The notes under the pieces were generated by a model that worked only from the letters and a program-made list of their open reading frames with translations, made no database searches and had not been told where the DNA came from. The position numbers were made by a program, and so were the translations under genes. This document shows, one piece after another, positions 38,440-52,192 of a DNA stretch of 64,000 nt; position 1 is the stretch's first letter, and every line of letters begins with the position of its first letter. Origin of the DNA: Dimorphilus gyrociliatus (taxonomy: Eukaryota; Animalia; Annelida); assembly GCA_904063045.1 (NCBI GenBank), contig CAJFCJ010000007.1:1-64000 (forward strand). Reading direction: 5' to 3'.

Positions 38440-39357
38440 TTATTTCATTTGACTAACAACTGTACTATTATCGAAAGTTGACACTTTTGTTGTTTTCCTA
38501 ATAGTTTTCAAATAGTAATATTTAATATTTTTACGGAATTTATCTTGAAATATCAAATAAATAAAACAGTTTGATGCATTGTTAAAATAGACGATATACT
38601 GTAAAGTTAGAGGTATAGATACTTTCAATAATCTTAATAAACTTGGTAGATAGCATATAACGAATACCAGTGTAACGCCGAAAAGCATTATAGCCGATTT
38701 ATATTGAACTTTTGAATAAGATATCTCACGAGCTATCTGCTTTGTTCTAGAATCTTGTACTTTTTTTAAAACAACTCTAAATACGCTTACGTACACTAGA
38801 AATACACCAATTATTACTAGAAAGAATAAACTGGCCAATAGTATTCTAGAACTCGAAGAATTATTACCAGTAGATGATATACATTTCCTATATAGAAGTG
38901 TTCCATTTAAAGAAATTGGTATTGTTTTATAATATCTTAGCGATTGTGCTCCTAAAGCCAAACTCAGTAGAATATAAACACAAATTGTTATATATATATG
39001 TTTATTCTTTACTAAATGAGGTTTATGAACTGCAAACCATCGTTCAACAGCGATCGAAAGGGCACATATTGTTGAAAGCATAACTAACATGTACAATGTA
39101 AATCCAGCTATTTTACAAAAGATATTACTGTCAATAAAATTTGATTCTTTAATGATTGCTGTAGGTATAGCTATTATACAAGTTGTTAGATCCATTATAG
39201 CCAAAACTTTTACCAACATATTCGAAAGAGTAGCTGTTTTATTCTTGAATGGATAGAATAATAGTATACATATATTTGATGGTATTCCAATAATAAGAAA
39301 TAATATCATACAAATGTTAAATGTTATGAAATCGATTGAAAAGTAAGTAGGGTTCAT
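38440..39357 (-). CDS. Intronless divergent class-A (rhodopsin-like) GPCR, 305 aa
   Basis: 7 hydrophobic segments. GIPSN in TM1, MDL in TM2, FCK and AVERW at TM3, CYLP in TM6, NNASNCFIY in TM7. Confidence 0.85.
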   Translation of the reverse strand: MNPTYFSIDFITFNICMILFLIIGIPSNICILLFYPFKNKTATLSNMLVKVLAIMDLTTCIIAIPTAIIKESNFIDSNIFCKIAGFTLYMLVMLSTICALSIAVERWFAVHKPHLVKNKHIYITICVYILLSLALGAQSLRYYKTIPISLNGTLLYRKCISSTGNNSSSSRILLASLFFLVIIGVFLVYVSVFRVVLKKVQDSRTKQIAREISYSKVQYKSAIMLFGVTLVFVICYLPSLLRLLKVSIPLTLQYIVYFNNASNCFIYLIFQDKFRKNIKYYYLKTIRKTTKVSTFDNSTVVSQMK

Positions 39358-41283
39358 TTCTTTCCTTCAACTACCTAGTTTTGTAATAATTGTAAAATAA
39401 CTAAATCCAGCGGATAGATGCCAAGAATTGTCACGTGATGATGTCTTTCGCGCGACAAAACTTTTTATAAAATGAAGAGAAAGAGAAAATGTAATGAAAT
39501 ATATTAAGAAATCTAAAACATAAGGGAAGGAAAGAGTATACATACAACCTAATCCATAAAGATTATTGATTTTTATTGTATTAGTATTATCATATTTATA
39601 TTAATATATAGATATATATGTATAAATACATACTCTATATATTTAAAGAAACTCAATGTTATTCATAAATCTATGTTTTTTTTTTAAATTGCCACTTTCT
39701 TTATCATATGTTTTTACAACTATAGAGAAAGTTTCAGTAGTTTTTCTTTTTTTTTTGCCTCCCCAACTTATTAAAAAACTTATTAAATCCATTAAACAAA
39801 ACAATCCTTTTTCCCAGTTCATTGAACTGTATAAACATTTACAAATAATTAATTCATTTATTTTAGTTATTGAAACAAAGGCGTGAGAATTTAATTAAAA
39901 GTAACAAAAAAAAAGGTATTTTGTAAAAAATAGTAAATTAGATATTTCCTATTATTAGAAATATATATACTTTTTACATTATATCTATGTTTTTAATTCT
40001 AGAATTGGAAAGAAAAAACAAATATATTAACTATAATTAGGTTAATGGAAAATTTCTAGTTCAATATATTCTTTAAAAAATATGAAAAAGATGAACTATT
40101 TGTAAATATTATCTTAGAAGTTGTAGAATTTTTGAAATGTATTTCTTAGGTAGATGAATTTGAAATAGATCTTGGAAGTATTCTCTAAAGTTATTATGGT
40201 TTCTATAGTGCATTATTCTCAAGATCATATATACAGTATATATATATATATATTTTTATGTAACACGGCGTCTAAAAAGTATAAAATTTGTAAAAAGACA
40301 AAATAAATGCCTAAGAAGCGAACAGTTTTGAAAACAATGTCTAGGAAAAGATTTGTGTTGAATTGAATAGTGCAGAAAACAAGTCTACACATTAAAATAT
40401 GTATATATAATGTATACATTATTTAATAATGCTTTTTAAACTATATTTAATACTTTCATTATCTTTTATAGCAAATTGACTTACTATATATTGTTCATGC
40501 TTTATATATTGCACATGTATACTGTATATAATTCATACAGTATATATATATATATCTATATATAAATTTATATGTATATATATATGGATGTGTGTGTGTT
40601 TCAAGCATTTTCAATAGATTTGTAACGCGTTGTATACGAATGATGAAAAAATATATGGCTTTTATAATCTCTTTATCATTTTACATATAAGAGAACGTTA
40701 TTATGTAAATGGGAAAACATCATTTATCATATCTTATATAATGTTTTCATGACGACACCTTAACGGTTTAGTATTATAATGTATACACTTTACAGACAAC
40801 AAGATTATCTTTTTATTGAGAACAATAACTATACTATACGTTATGTTAAATGCATACAAGTACAAAAATAATTCAACTGATTTGAAAGCTAATTAAGAAT
40901 TTAATTTTATTAATAGCAACTATTAAAAATTGTAAACATCTTTCCATTAATTAGAATAACATAAGAATAGATGTTCTAATATGATTAAATCTATATTTTG
41001 GCTGAAATTACGTATTATATAAATATAGAGATCCAACTATCTATCTATCTATCTCTCTCCGTAAAAAATATAACTTAAAAAGCAACTAAAACCGTTTTTT
41101 TTTATATACCAGGTCAATAAAAATGATAGCTGATGTTTCAGATCAAAAATAGTATAGTATAATTTCTTTCATTTTTTTTTCTGATAAATAGATCAACTTT
41201 TTTGTTTTTGTTCCAGTTTTCGAACAAATTCTGTTTTTTGAATATGAACTGTATATATAAATGAAGATGATGATAAATACAGT

Positions 41284-42195
41284 TTATGGATTATTGGATG
41301 CTGAAAATACTCTATTATCATTTGATATCCTTGAAAATTTACATATACGAAAGTTTTTAACGATGTTTAAAACAGCTTTTCTAAATGAATCTTGAAATAT
41401 CAAATATACAAAACAGTTTGTTGAATTATTGATAAAAGTTGAATATTTAAGGATTAAAGGTATTTTTTTACCAAGAAGAGCGGGCCAAAGAGGTATCCAA
41501 CATAAAAGAAATATAATTGTCACACCAAAGAGCATAGCTGCCGATTTATATTGAATTTTAGCTTCATAAATAGTATTTTTATCATTGTTACTCCTGTTTG
41601 CTAATTTTAATCTATTTAAAATAACTTTAAATACTGTAGCATAACTAAAAATTGTAGCTACTATCCAAACGCAAAATCCACAGAGAAGTATGATAGTTAT
41701 AAGATATTGAAATTTTGAGCCTTTACTTAAACACTTATAACTAACAGCTGATAGATTTTCTTCTCTTGTTTCGTAGATTTTATAAGAAATTTGAAAGATA
41801 AAACCAACGATAATAGATTGAAAAAAGTTGGTGATATTTAATATAAGAACATGTTTCTTTTTTAAAATATGAGGCTTATGAACAGCAAACCATCTTTCCA
41901 GTGAAATTGAAATGGATGTTAGAAAAGAGTATGTTAAACTCATGTAAGCAACAGCAATTGTTAACTTACAAAAGATATTACTACGCAATAATCCAGTTTC
42001 CATTATACCTATTATTGGTATCACAAATAAACAATTAAATAGATCAATTATAGCCAAAACTTTAACAAAATAATTTGATAGAGTTGTAGCTTTAGTTTGA
42101 AATGGAAAAAGAAAGAGAATAATTAAATTTGAAGGAATACCAATAATGAAATAGAGTGTTAAAGCGGAGACTAATAGAATACAATCAACATCCAT
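41284..42195 (-). CDS. Intronless divergent class-A GPCR, 303 aa
   Basis: Paralogue of neighbours: GIPSN, SLERWFAVHKPH, QYKSAAMLFGVT, CWIP, NNSTNCFVY. Confidence 0.85.
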   Translation of the reverse strand: MDVDCILLVSALTLYFIIGIPSNLIILFLFPFQTKATTLSNYFVKVLAIIDLFNCLFVIPIIGIMETGLLRSNIFCKLTIAVAYMSLTYSFLTSISISLERWFAVHKPHILKKKHVLILNITNFFQSIIVGFIFQISYKIYETREENLSAVSYKCLSKGSKFQYLITIILLCGFCVWIVATIFSYATVFKVILNRLKLANRSNNDKNTIYEAKIQYKSAAMLFGVTIIFLLCWIPLWPALLGKKIPLILKYSTFINNSTNCFVYLIFQDSFRKAVLNIVKNFRICKFSRISNDNRVFSASNNP

Positions 42196-42653
42196 TTATG
42201 AAGAACAAGTTCTAAGTTTAAATTTAGGCAAAGAACTGAACAAATTTACACACTTTATCATTTGTATTAATATCTTATGTATTTAATATTATTTAATAAG
42301 CTTAACATCCTTTTATTAATAAAGACCAAACATATTTTACACAGATAAGTTATAATACGTTCTATGATTATAGATTAGCTTATATAGTTCTACCCGTTGC
42401 TATAGTTATATATTTTCTTTGGGTAATTATATTTTTCCTACCGATTTTAATGTCCTGAAAATAGTTTATAGCATCTTTTTAGCATCTAAATCTAATTTTT
42501 TATCTCGTTTTTCTTGTATTTTATAACAAAAAACAAGTGCTTCTAGATGTGTGCATAATATAGTTGTGTAAATACACTTTTATCACTTTTATATCCCTTG
42601 AACATAACGCTAAAAGAGTGTTCATTTTATATAATAATTTTAAGATAACATTC

Positions 42654-43571
42654 TCAAGTAATAACCTGCGTTGTCATAGATTTTGACGCTTCAGTTACTT
42701 TAGTTCGAGGCTGTATGCCAAAAACTTTTTGTAACACATGATAACGAAAATTTTCTTGAAATATCATATAAATAAAGCAATTCGTTGCATTATTGAAGAA
42801 TATACCATATTTTATAACTAGAGTCGTTCTTATTTCATAAATTTCCAGAAGAGATGGAATCCAACAGACAAAAAATACTATTGTAACTCCAAAGAGCATT
42901 GATGAAGATCTAAATTGAATTTTAGTATAATTGATATCTTTCTTCTGTACTTTAGATTTATCTTTGTTGAGTTTTCTTAATACAATTCTAAATATACTTA
43001 TATAAAATAAAACTATACCAAGTATTAATAAAATGAACAAGGAAACCAAGAGAGACTTTGATAAAATTGACCTACTTGCTGTTTTAGAAACACATTGAAT
43101 ATAGTTTATTGTATCATTGTTGTAAACTGGTATAAGATTGTAGCTATTTAATGGTTGAATAATTATGCACGAAGATATGAATAAGATGCAGGCAATTAAA
43201 ATATAAACATGTTTAACTTTTAAGATATGTGGTTTGTTTACTGCAAACCACCTCTCACCAGCAATAGCGCCTGATAACAATATTGAATTAGTTGTTAAAC
43301 AGTATATTATTGATCCAGCCAATTTGCAAAATATGACATTTTGAAAAACACTCATTTCATTGATAATTGTTATTGGAATAACTATTGAACAAGTAATTAA
43401 ATCAATGATAGCCATTATTTTAACGAAAATAGTAGACATATTGCGTACTTTTCCATTTATTGGATAAAGAGCAAGTATCAGTATATTTGAAGGTATACCT
43501 ATTAATATAAAGATTATCATAACGATGAGAAAAGGAACCCATTCTCCAGAAGGAACGTTGTATATTATCAT
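42654..43571 (-). CDS. Intronless divergent class-A GPCR, 305 aa
   Basis: GIPSN, AGERWFAVNKPH, QFRSSSMLFGVT, CWIP, NNATNCFIY. Confidence 0.85.
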   Translation of the reverse strand: MIIYNVPSGEWVPFLIVMIIFILIGIPSNILILALYPINGKVRNMSTIFVKIMAIIDLITCSIVIPITIINEMSVFQNVIFCKLAGSIIYCLTTNSILLSGAIAGERWFAVNKPHILKVKHVYILIACILFISSCIIIQPLNSYNLIPVYNNDTINYIQCVSKTASRSILSKSLLVSLFILLILGIVLFYISIFRIVLRKLNKDKSKVQKKDINYTKIQFRSSSMLFGVTIVFFVCWIPSLLEIYEIRTTLVIKYGIFFNNATNCFIYMIFQENFRYHVLQKVFGIQPRTKVTEASKSMTTQVIT

Positions 43572-44900
43572 AATTTCAAGTCACTTGTCAAGAATTTATT
43601 TGAAAATAACAAATATTTTGACAAATATTCATCATATATAGAAATATAATACAAAAGGAGTATAATTAACCTTAATGAACAGATAATTGAATTTTTACAA
43701 TCACTGTCAAAAGGCAGAGGTAATAAATAGAATCTTGTAATATATCAATATTAATTAATTAAAGTTGCTAAGATATATCTATTAAAGGGCACCAAGAGTA
43801 AACAGAAAAACACTGAATAAATATGTTTTTGTTATTATTAAACTTTTATAAACCCAATCTGATTTAATACAATTAAAAGTTACACTGTATTTTTAATATT
43901 TCTTATAATGTAGCAGTTTGTTTGGGTATTTGTATAATGGTAAATAGTAAAATTAAAAGGTAGGTTGGTCTTTAATAGTTCTTAAACGTTCGGTAAATGT
44001 AGGCTTAGAACGTAACGGTGAGAATACGACTTTATTTAAACATGGCTGTATATTTGGACAATAAAGAAAAATACTTGTTTATTCAAATAATCTACAATCG
44101 CGTCGTAATAACAAACTAATAGGTATTAAAATCTATTAAAAGAAAGGAAAGAAAATGTAGACGTTCTCTTTAATCTATTTGAGTCCCTCTTTAACCAAAT
44201 TCTTTATATTTAGTCTATTAGTCTATTTTTAGCATTCAGAATGTTTTTTTATTATTGTTACTATTTTTAGATATCTTCAAGAGAGTAATTCTAGCTTATC
44301 TGTTATTGATAGATTTCTATTTTGCGTCTATTTTTATTCCTATATATTCTATGTATTAAGGATATTGTCAAAGTTAGAAGCTGTCGGCACAAAAAGATAT
44401 TTCAACAAACACAGTATTAGTACTCAGATAATAAATGCGAATGCTATAATCTAACAAAGATGGCATCAGTGTTAGGCGTTTTTCTTAGTTAGCTTTTATA
44501 TAATCTCCCGTCATTGTACTAATATTCTACGGCCTTAATGGAAGCTTAGCCAATTAATATATACTATTCAAATGATCCTATTATCATTTTGAAATTTTTA
44601 TCTTATAAAAAGACTAAAACTTTACGCTCCAGGAGACTATAAACTACAAATAGTAAATTCTTCAAATCGACAACTTCCTATTGTTTTGAGCAGTAAAAAT
44701 GTAACATTATCACACTGTAGATGATTCCTCTGTTGTTATTCAATCTATAGAGTTAGTTAAGTACTTTGAAATAATTCTCGTATTAATTATGATAATTAAT
44801 AAGATTTTAATGCCAAATAATAATATCATTTCATCATTTTTCATGTATTTTTGCCGATTGTATAAATGTTTAGTCAATTACAATATATTTCTTTAAATGT

Positions 44901-45881
44901 TCACAATCTCACACTAACGGTAGCTATAGATGGATCTTTAGTATTTGTAAAAGGTTCAACTGTATTTCTGATTCTCAATTGAAAAATTCTTGACAAATTC
45001 AAAATTATTCTTCTTCTAAACTTTTTTTGAAATATCATATAAATGAAACAATTTGTTGAATTATTTAAAAAAGTGATATATTTTAAAGGTAATGGTAGTT
45101 TAATTTCGTAGAGCGCAAAAAATACTGGTATCCAAGTAATCATAAATATTATTGTTACACCGAAAAGCATTGACGCTGACTTGAATTGAACTTTAGCGTC
45201 AGAGATTTTCCTTAGAGATTGGTCAACTGAAGGTGCCTTCATTCTTTTTAAAACAAATTGAAATACGCTAATATATAACATCATTACTATACTCATCATC
45301 AGTATAAATCCTGCGGTCAACAAGTAAGTTGTTACTTTTCTCATATGTGTCTGCGGAGATCTGCAGAAATAAACAAATGTCATTTCATCGTCTGTTTCTT
45401 TTATAATTCTATAATTCACTGCAGACAAAAAGCCAGATAAAAGACATTGAATAACGTTTGCTGAATTCAAGATTATTACATGTTTTCTTTTAAGTACATG
45501 AGGTTTATGAACAGCAAACCACCTTTCTACAGCTATAGATATTGAAGTCAGAAAAGAAAATGTTAAAGTACAAAAAGTTATTCCAAAGGTCAATTGACAA
45601 AAGATAGTACTATTCAGAGAGAATGTTTCAACAACAGCTATACATGGAACCACCACAAGGCATGTAAACATATCAGTAAATGATAAAACCTTAATAAAGT
45701 AATTGGATAAAGTTGTTGTTTTACCACGGAAAGGATATAGTAATATTATTATTAAGTTTGAAAACGCTCCTAATAACAAATAACAGCATGAGATAGTAAG
45801 GAAAAAGATGTGATTCTTCAACGCCATAACACAGTAAAATCGCAGATGTCTGCAGTCGTAATACTGAAGATTCACTGACAT
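44901..45881 (-). CDS. Intronless divergent class-A GPCR, up to 326 aa (true start uncertain)
   Basis: GAFSN, AVERWFAVHKPH, QFKSASMLFGVT, TWIP, NNSTNCFIY. Confidence 0.85.
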   Translation of the reverse strand: MSVNLQYYDCRHLRFYCVMALKNHIFFLTISCCYLLLGAFSNLIIILLYPFRGKTTTLSNYFIKVLSFTDMFTCLVVVPCIAVVETFSLNSTIFCQLTFGITFCTLTFSFLTSISIAVERWFAVHKPHVLKRKHVIILNSANVIQCLLSGFLSAVNYRIIKETDDEMTFVYFCRSPQTHMRKVTTYLLTAGFILMMSIVMMLYISVFQFVLKRMKAPSVDQSLRKISDAKVQFKSASMLFGVTIIFMITWIPVFFALYEIKLPLPLKYITFLNNSTNCFIYMIFQKKFRRRIILNLSRIFQLRIRNTVEPFTNTKDPSIATVSVRL

Positions 45882-46624
45882 AAATAATTCATTTTAGGTT
45901 TCATCACTTGGAAAGTACTTTTTGCATTAGTCTTAATTAAAAGTTCATTAAGCATCAAAGGTAATGGGCTTTTCTCTCCATTTTCACAAAAAAATTGAAT
46001 TTATACTATAGTATATTATACAATATCTAGATTATTAGTTGGCTCTTAGTTCACTATCCTGATTATTATTTTTAATACTATAATAATCATTTGTAATATT
46101 AATGAAAGCATGGGGAACTAATTAATTTTATAATAAAAGCCATCTTTCACCTACAAGAATATGAATATGAATTATTTTTAGGGAACGTTATAAAAGACTT
46201 AATAAGCATTATTCTTGCAGTTCATCTTCTTGTTTGAATAGCTATATGATAGACGTAAAAAAAATAACAAATTTCGAAAGTTCATAGAGTACATAGGCTA
46301 TATGTTCCGACGACAATCATCTAATTGTCCTAATTAAGGTAAGGTTCCTTTTAAACGATTCTTATTAATATTTATGTCCTGACTGACCAATATAATTCTA
46401 GTTTAAGTAGCTTTAATAAGTTATAAATTAAGGAGAACTATAAAAATGAATTAACTATGTATTACTTTCCGGTACATATCTATTTATCAGACATACATAT
46501 TTAATGTGTCAACATTCAACAGGCGATATACTGGTGTTTTTCACTTAGAATATATAAATACTTGTATATACTATAGGATAGTTTACTAGTTTTCTATATT
46601 TTCTTCAACTGATTTATTTGTAAT

Positions 46625-46800
46625 CTTATTATGATAAAAAAAGTCAGCAAGAGTTGTAGTCTTGCTCCTAAAAGGATAAAAAAGGAGTATATCAAGATGG
46701 AAGGTACCCCTACCAAACTGAATATGCTAATATTAACAATAAAAAGAATATTTGAAATACTGTCGGATAGAGTTCTCTTCATTTGTAAAATTGAACAATA
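46625..46800 (-). pseudogene. Frameshifted, truncated relic of the same GPCR family (TM1-ICL1 only)
   Basis: LVGVPSILI, then after a frameshift LLFYPFRSKTTTLADFF. This matches the IGIPxNLIILLFYPFKSKxTTLxNFF motif of the intact paralogues. No downstream TM segments were found. Confidence 0.7.
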
Positions 46801-47814
46801 TTTGTTGAAATATGCCATGTTTATTCTTGAAATTTTCCGAAATGTAGCTGCAGATATAGGATGAAGACGTTCTCTTGAAGTCCATTTATCTAACAAAGGG
46901 AAGAAACTATTGGTCATGAATACTCTCGTGGAAATATATTTTACTGTTTGTTCTTATAAATCAATAGCTGCTTGATTAACAAGAAGAGAGCATTATTTTA
47001 ATATTTCCGTTTGAAAATAAGTATTAATTAGCCATTTCTACACGGTTTTTCGATAGTTTTAATTAGAAATTTAGAAGAAACAAATGTACACAAATGGCAA
47101 GAAACCATTCCGAGTCTACTAACTATGCATATTTGTTTGTTTATTGATTATTGTTTATTGAATCTTGACTATAAATTTATAGCTATGTATATAAATTTCA
47201 TATTTATAGCTATAAATGCTAAATAAACGATATAAACTTTATCGTTATGTTCAAACTAGTCCTGACAAAACTTATTACGTCACTATGGTTTATATTTAAT
47301 AATAAAGAAATGCAATCAAGATTGTTAATCTAGGGTTTCTCTGAATAAAACTACAGTAGATGTCGCTTTAAAGATTATCTCAAAATAAATATGTACAAAT
47401 TAATGCAATTCCTGTCATGTTCTTTAAGAGACCAAATAACTGACTTTAAACCTTATTGCAGAAGAGGAATTCTTAGAATGTTAGGAAATTATGGTGAGTT
47501 TTAAGAATATACAACACTTTAAACGATATATATTTGACTTGTTTCAAGGATATTATAGGTCTCCTAAACAATAGTATTAAATCAAAAACAAAATTATGTA
47601 ATTTAAGACAAAGTGTTGAATTACTATTAAAAATATAATAGATTAACTGTATATTTTTGGCTTCTTGTCCAAAGACGGCCATCAAAAGAAAGAGAGTAGA
47701 ATTGCATACATTTACATTATGTGCATACGTATATAATGTATTTTATATGTAATTTTCTGTGCTTGTTGACAAAAACAATATCAGTGAAATAGTATAGCAT
47801 TAATAAGTCATGAC

Positions 47815-47816
<2 letters not shown>

Positions 47817-47857
<41 letters not shown>

Positions 47858-47865
47858 TGTATATA
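47817..47865. repeat. (TA)n microsatellite
   Basis: Long tatata run. Confidence 0.8.
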
Positions 47866-48137
47866 TAATGTATATATTTTATACACGACTGCCTATATTA
47901 AATAGTAATCTTTACATTTAATAGAAAAGAATTTTCATAAGATTTCTATGTCAAATAGAAATGTAATCCAACATTTTAATATTTTCCATTTGAAAAAAAT
48001 ATAATATTTTCTTTTGGATTGAAAGATAAGTCAATACGAAGATATTTTTATAATTAATTTTATAAATATCTCATATACTATTTCAAAGTAGATGGCGTTT
48101 ATCTGTAAAAGTAACGGTTGTTTATTAGCGAACGCCT

Positions 48138-49482
48138 ATGTCATTTATTTTAGCTATGTTTTCGAGAGGAAGGAAAATTCCTAGAGTTGAAAAGAAAAAA
48201 AATACTAAATTTACGAGGAAAAGTCACAGCGAAGATGATTATTCAAATTTACCAGAGACTTATACAAGTCTCAATTCTACCTGGAAAACAATAGATAATA
48301 TGAAAGAATTTATCGGACTTCCTATGCAATGTCTTTTGCCTTATCAGGTACAGTCAAATTACTGAAGAATAATGATGTCATCAAATTTATTTAATTAAAT
48401 TAACATTATTTCATCTATTACAGATAAGACAACCCGTGAAGAGAGCCGAAAGTAAAGACGTACGCACCTTAAAGACAAACTTTAAAAGTAATTCAACAGA
48501 GAGTGAATTGTATAGTGAGGGAAAAATAAGTACAATATATATCAAAAAAGTTAACGGTGGTTTGGGATTAAGTATAGTTGCCGCACGAGCCAAGGTACGA
48601 GTAAACCTTATTGTTTATACTGTATCAATATATAAAAAATTAATATTCTACTAAATGCATTAATAGTAAATAATTTATATCATATTGGTTGAGTACTTGA
48701 AGAGTTGTTTACTGGAAAGCAGTAAACACAAAATAAAAAGACTAACTTAAATGAAAGCTATGAAAAGCATCTAAGAAACACTCGCTACTTTCATCTTAAC
48801 ATCATCTTTAAATAAAAGCCATTTAAAAAAATCCAAAAACATTTTTCCTCTTCTTTCAAAATAATTAAACATGTAAATATTTTTGCTTATTTATTCGTAG
48901 GGAAGCAGTCAGTCCAACAGCGGTATATTTGTTAAAATGGTCCTAAAAAATGGAGCCGCCTACTTTGACGGAAGGCTAAAAGAAGGCGACCAATTACTTG
49001 AGGTCAATTGGCAAACTTTATTAGGAGTTAGAGAGGAAACTGCTGCTCATTTATTAAAGCAAAGTGGACCAGTTGTAAGGCTTAAAGTTAAGAAAGGAGC
49101 GGCTTTTGAGGAAGGCGTCCTAAAAGTAAGAAACGGGTTTTCTTACGATAAAAAGAAAAATGAAAATGATCTGTTAAAGAATGTCAGAAGAAGATCTATT
49201 TCATTAGATATGCTCTTCGAACATGAAAAACAAGATTTAGTTGACGCATATAAAGATTTATGTAGGCAAGCATCAAAAGTGCTCTATAACGACGGTCCAA
49301 AATCGTTTAAAAATGCTGAATTAAACTTGTTAAAGAAGCAAAATTGTATAAACTTGAGAAAAAATTTCGAAATTTCTCGCAATGGATCTTGGGACAGTGA
49401 AAGATTTGAAAGAGAGAGAAGAAAGCGAAACCCTCTTCCCTCGAAACAATATTCTTTTCCTGGCAGTAAATCCTCAACGTAA
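48138..49482 (+). CDS. Single-PDZ protein with an afadin/canoe-type PDZ, about 320 aa, 3 exons (48138-48347, 48424-48594, 48901-49482)
   Basis: Phase-0 splicing gives KKVNGGLGLSIVAARAKGSSQSNSGIFVKMVLKNGAAYFDGRLKEGDQLLEVN..AAHLLKQSGPVVRLKV, closely resembling the recalled afadin PDZ (GMGLSIVAAKG..GIYVKSVVKGGAADVDGRLAAGDQLL). The first exon is less certain. Confidence 0.75.
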
Positions 49483-50713
49483 TTTCTTAATATACAACAC
49501 TATATCTATCTTTTGAATAATCAAAACAGAGGATAAAGGAATTAAATAGGTTACGGAAGGAGAAAATTCCTTTAGTCAGTATAAAACTGTATATTAAACA
49601 TAAAATAACAAGTCGATTAGCTTACAAGATTGAGTAATGCCTTACGTTATGACGAATGCAAAAGAAGAGGAAAACGAGAGTGTTTTATCTTTATGTGACT
49701 TTATATATATGTATATTATTTATTAATTTATATATCACGATAAAAATATAGCGAAATATAATTTGGAAAATATAACTATACGTAATAATTAATGTTAAAC
49801 TACATACAGGATATTCATTACTTATCAGTGAAGTAATACGTAATATGAAAAACGTAATTAGTAGAGTGGTTTTATTATTTCTAATATCTAGACAAGTGTC
49901 TCTATGGATATTTTATTTACACATTAACTACAAAAAGAAAACCGAGCATATACTGTACATACAGTATTTGTATACTACAATACTTTTGGATTTTTTGAAC
50001 ATTTATCGTCTGCTTTACAGAAATATTCATATACATATTTCATTTGTCTAATAGAATTGATATAAATAGAAAAAGATGAATAGATTCCTGAGAGTTGGAA
50101 AGTGGATAGAAATGAATAAATAAGTAAAGATAATAAACTAGTCATGATAGTTTGAATTTTGCATTAGATTACTAAATAACATAACATTTTGTTCTAAAAA
50201 ATTATAGTCATTTTGATAACTCGTCCGTTCTCAGTTAAGGGACTTCATATAGGGAATAATCAACATCATTACATTTCCTTATACTGTCAATTATATGATT
50301 TTCAACACGTGTTTTATTTTATTAACAAATCTCAAAAAAAGTAGACTTAACAAGAGATTAATAGAATATTTATAATAAAGGAAATAAGAGAAAAGACAAT
50401 ACTTAATAAGTGCTTTAGGTATATACATACTATATATACTGTATACTGTATATATATAGTATTTTTATTTAACAACAATACGATCGTTTAGTAGTGTTGA
50501 ATATATAGATTATAGTCATCTCTTATTTATTTAAATCACGCCTACTTATATTATTTTCTTGTCTCCTTTTCCCTTTTAAGTTTATACTTCTGTGTTTATA
50601 CTTTCACCGAAAGCTTCTATCTACTGAAGTATAGATAAAAACTAGGGATTTCCAAAAATAACTTTACTAATAGGTTATACTACAAGACGGTGGTAAAATA
50701 CTCACGTGTACAT

Positions 50714-52159
50714 TTACTGACTATCATTATTATTATTGTAAAAAATTTGTTGTGTAGTAACCCTTGCGCTAGATGGCGCCCTTCCTTTTACTGTACACGC
50801 AGCACCGCTCCCAATATAGCCATACACTCTTGGACCATATTTACGATCATAACACTTTACGCAGAACAAACTATCATCGTGCTCGTTCGATTTTCCAGGT
50901 TCTAACAAACGATTGCAATCAGCTGGAGAGTAATAAATAAAAATATTTTATTATTGAAATAAATTCTTGCTTCTGTTTACTTTTAATTCAATAAATAAAT
51001 AAATAATATCTGACCACATTTGTAACACATTCTATGCCAGTTTCTGTTTCCAGCTTGAAGCATTTCAGCGTGAAATACAGGTTTTCCACACGCTGAACAA
51101 TCACTAAAATCAATAGTAGATCTGGGAGGAATCTTGGCTGCAATTACAAGTGATAATCATAATATAAATACTGTATATATACTGTATATATATATATATA
51201 TATATTGATATTTCTAATAAATTGCTTGAAAACTGCAAATATAGTAATTTTTCTTTACCTGTACTCATGCTGCTTAGGCTAGAAAAAGCAACTGAATTAT
51301 GAGAAGTGTAGGTTTCCGTCTCTGTCCTATTTTTCGAAGAGATCGTAACAATCTTTGGATCATAGGTTGCTGATCCTTTAAAAGCGTGTAATCTAAAAGA
51401 ATGTTGTCTAATCAGAGAATGGCAAGAGGAACAGAAGATGTCTCTTTCAAATTCATTAAACGTGGAAGACGTTAAAACTTTATCGCAGGCAGCTGTTTAA
51501 TAATAAAAAGGCATATATTTTCCATAATTTAAAATACATTACCAAACTTTAGCTTAAACAGTTTATCTCATTTAATAGAATAAAAATAAATAAGAAAAAA
51601 AAATAACCATTCTACCATTGCCTTTGCTGTAGAAAACCGATTACAAACGATTTTATGAAAAATCCTAGCTATCTTGCAGGTGTATTCTCTCGTTGCTATA
51701 GTAACTAAATATTATGAATTATTAGATCTGTCTATCTAGAATGCATAATGTGCTCTAAGCAGATATCCTTGTTTAAACACCATTAATAAATTGATAATTA
51801 ATCGACTATCTTTCAAAGTTGGACAAAATCTTCATTCAATATATAGTACGTATAATTTTTATAACCATCAAGCAACATACACTAATCTTTAGTAATATTC
51901 AAATATACTTAGGATATTGTTTCACAGTTAACATCCGCGATTAAATTTGATTTTTTTTATTTTTAGATCGCATCTACTTCCATCATTACTAAATTTAAAT
52001 TCGTTGTATATTGTATATATACTGTATTATATATACAGTATATTAAACAATTCATGCTGTTTGACATAAAAAACGCTTTCAATCTTATTTATTAAATTTG
52101 ATTTGTATATACAAAAATTTACGGTTTAGATATATATATATATATTTACTGTGAGAAAT

Positions 52160-52192
<33 letters not shown>

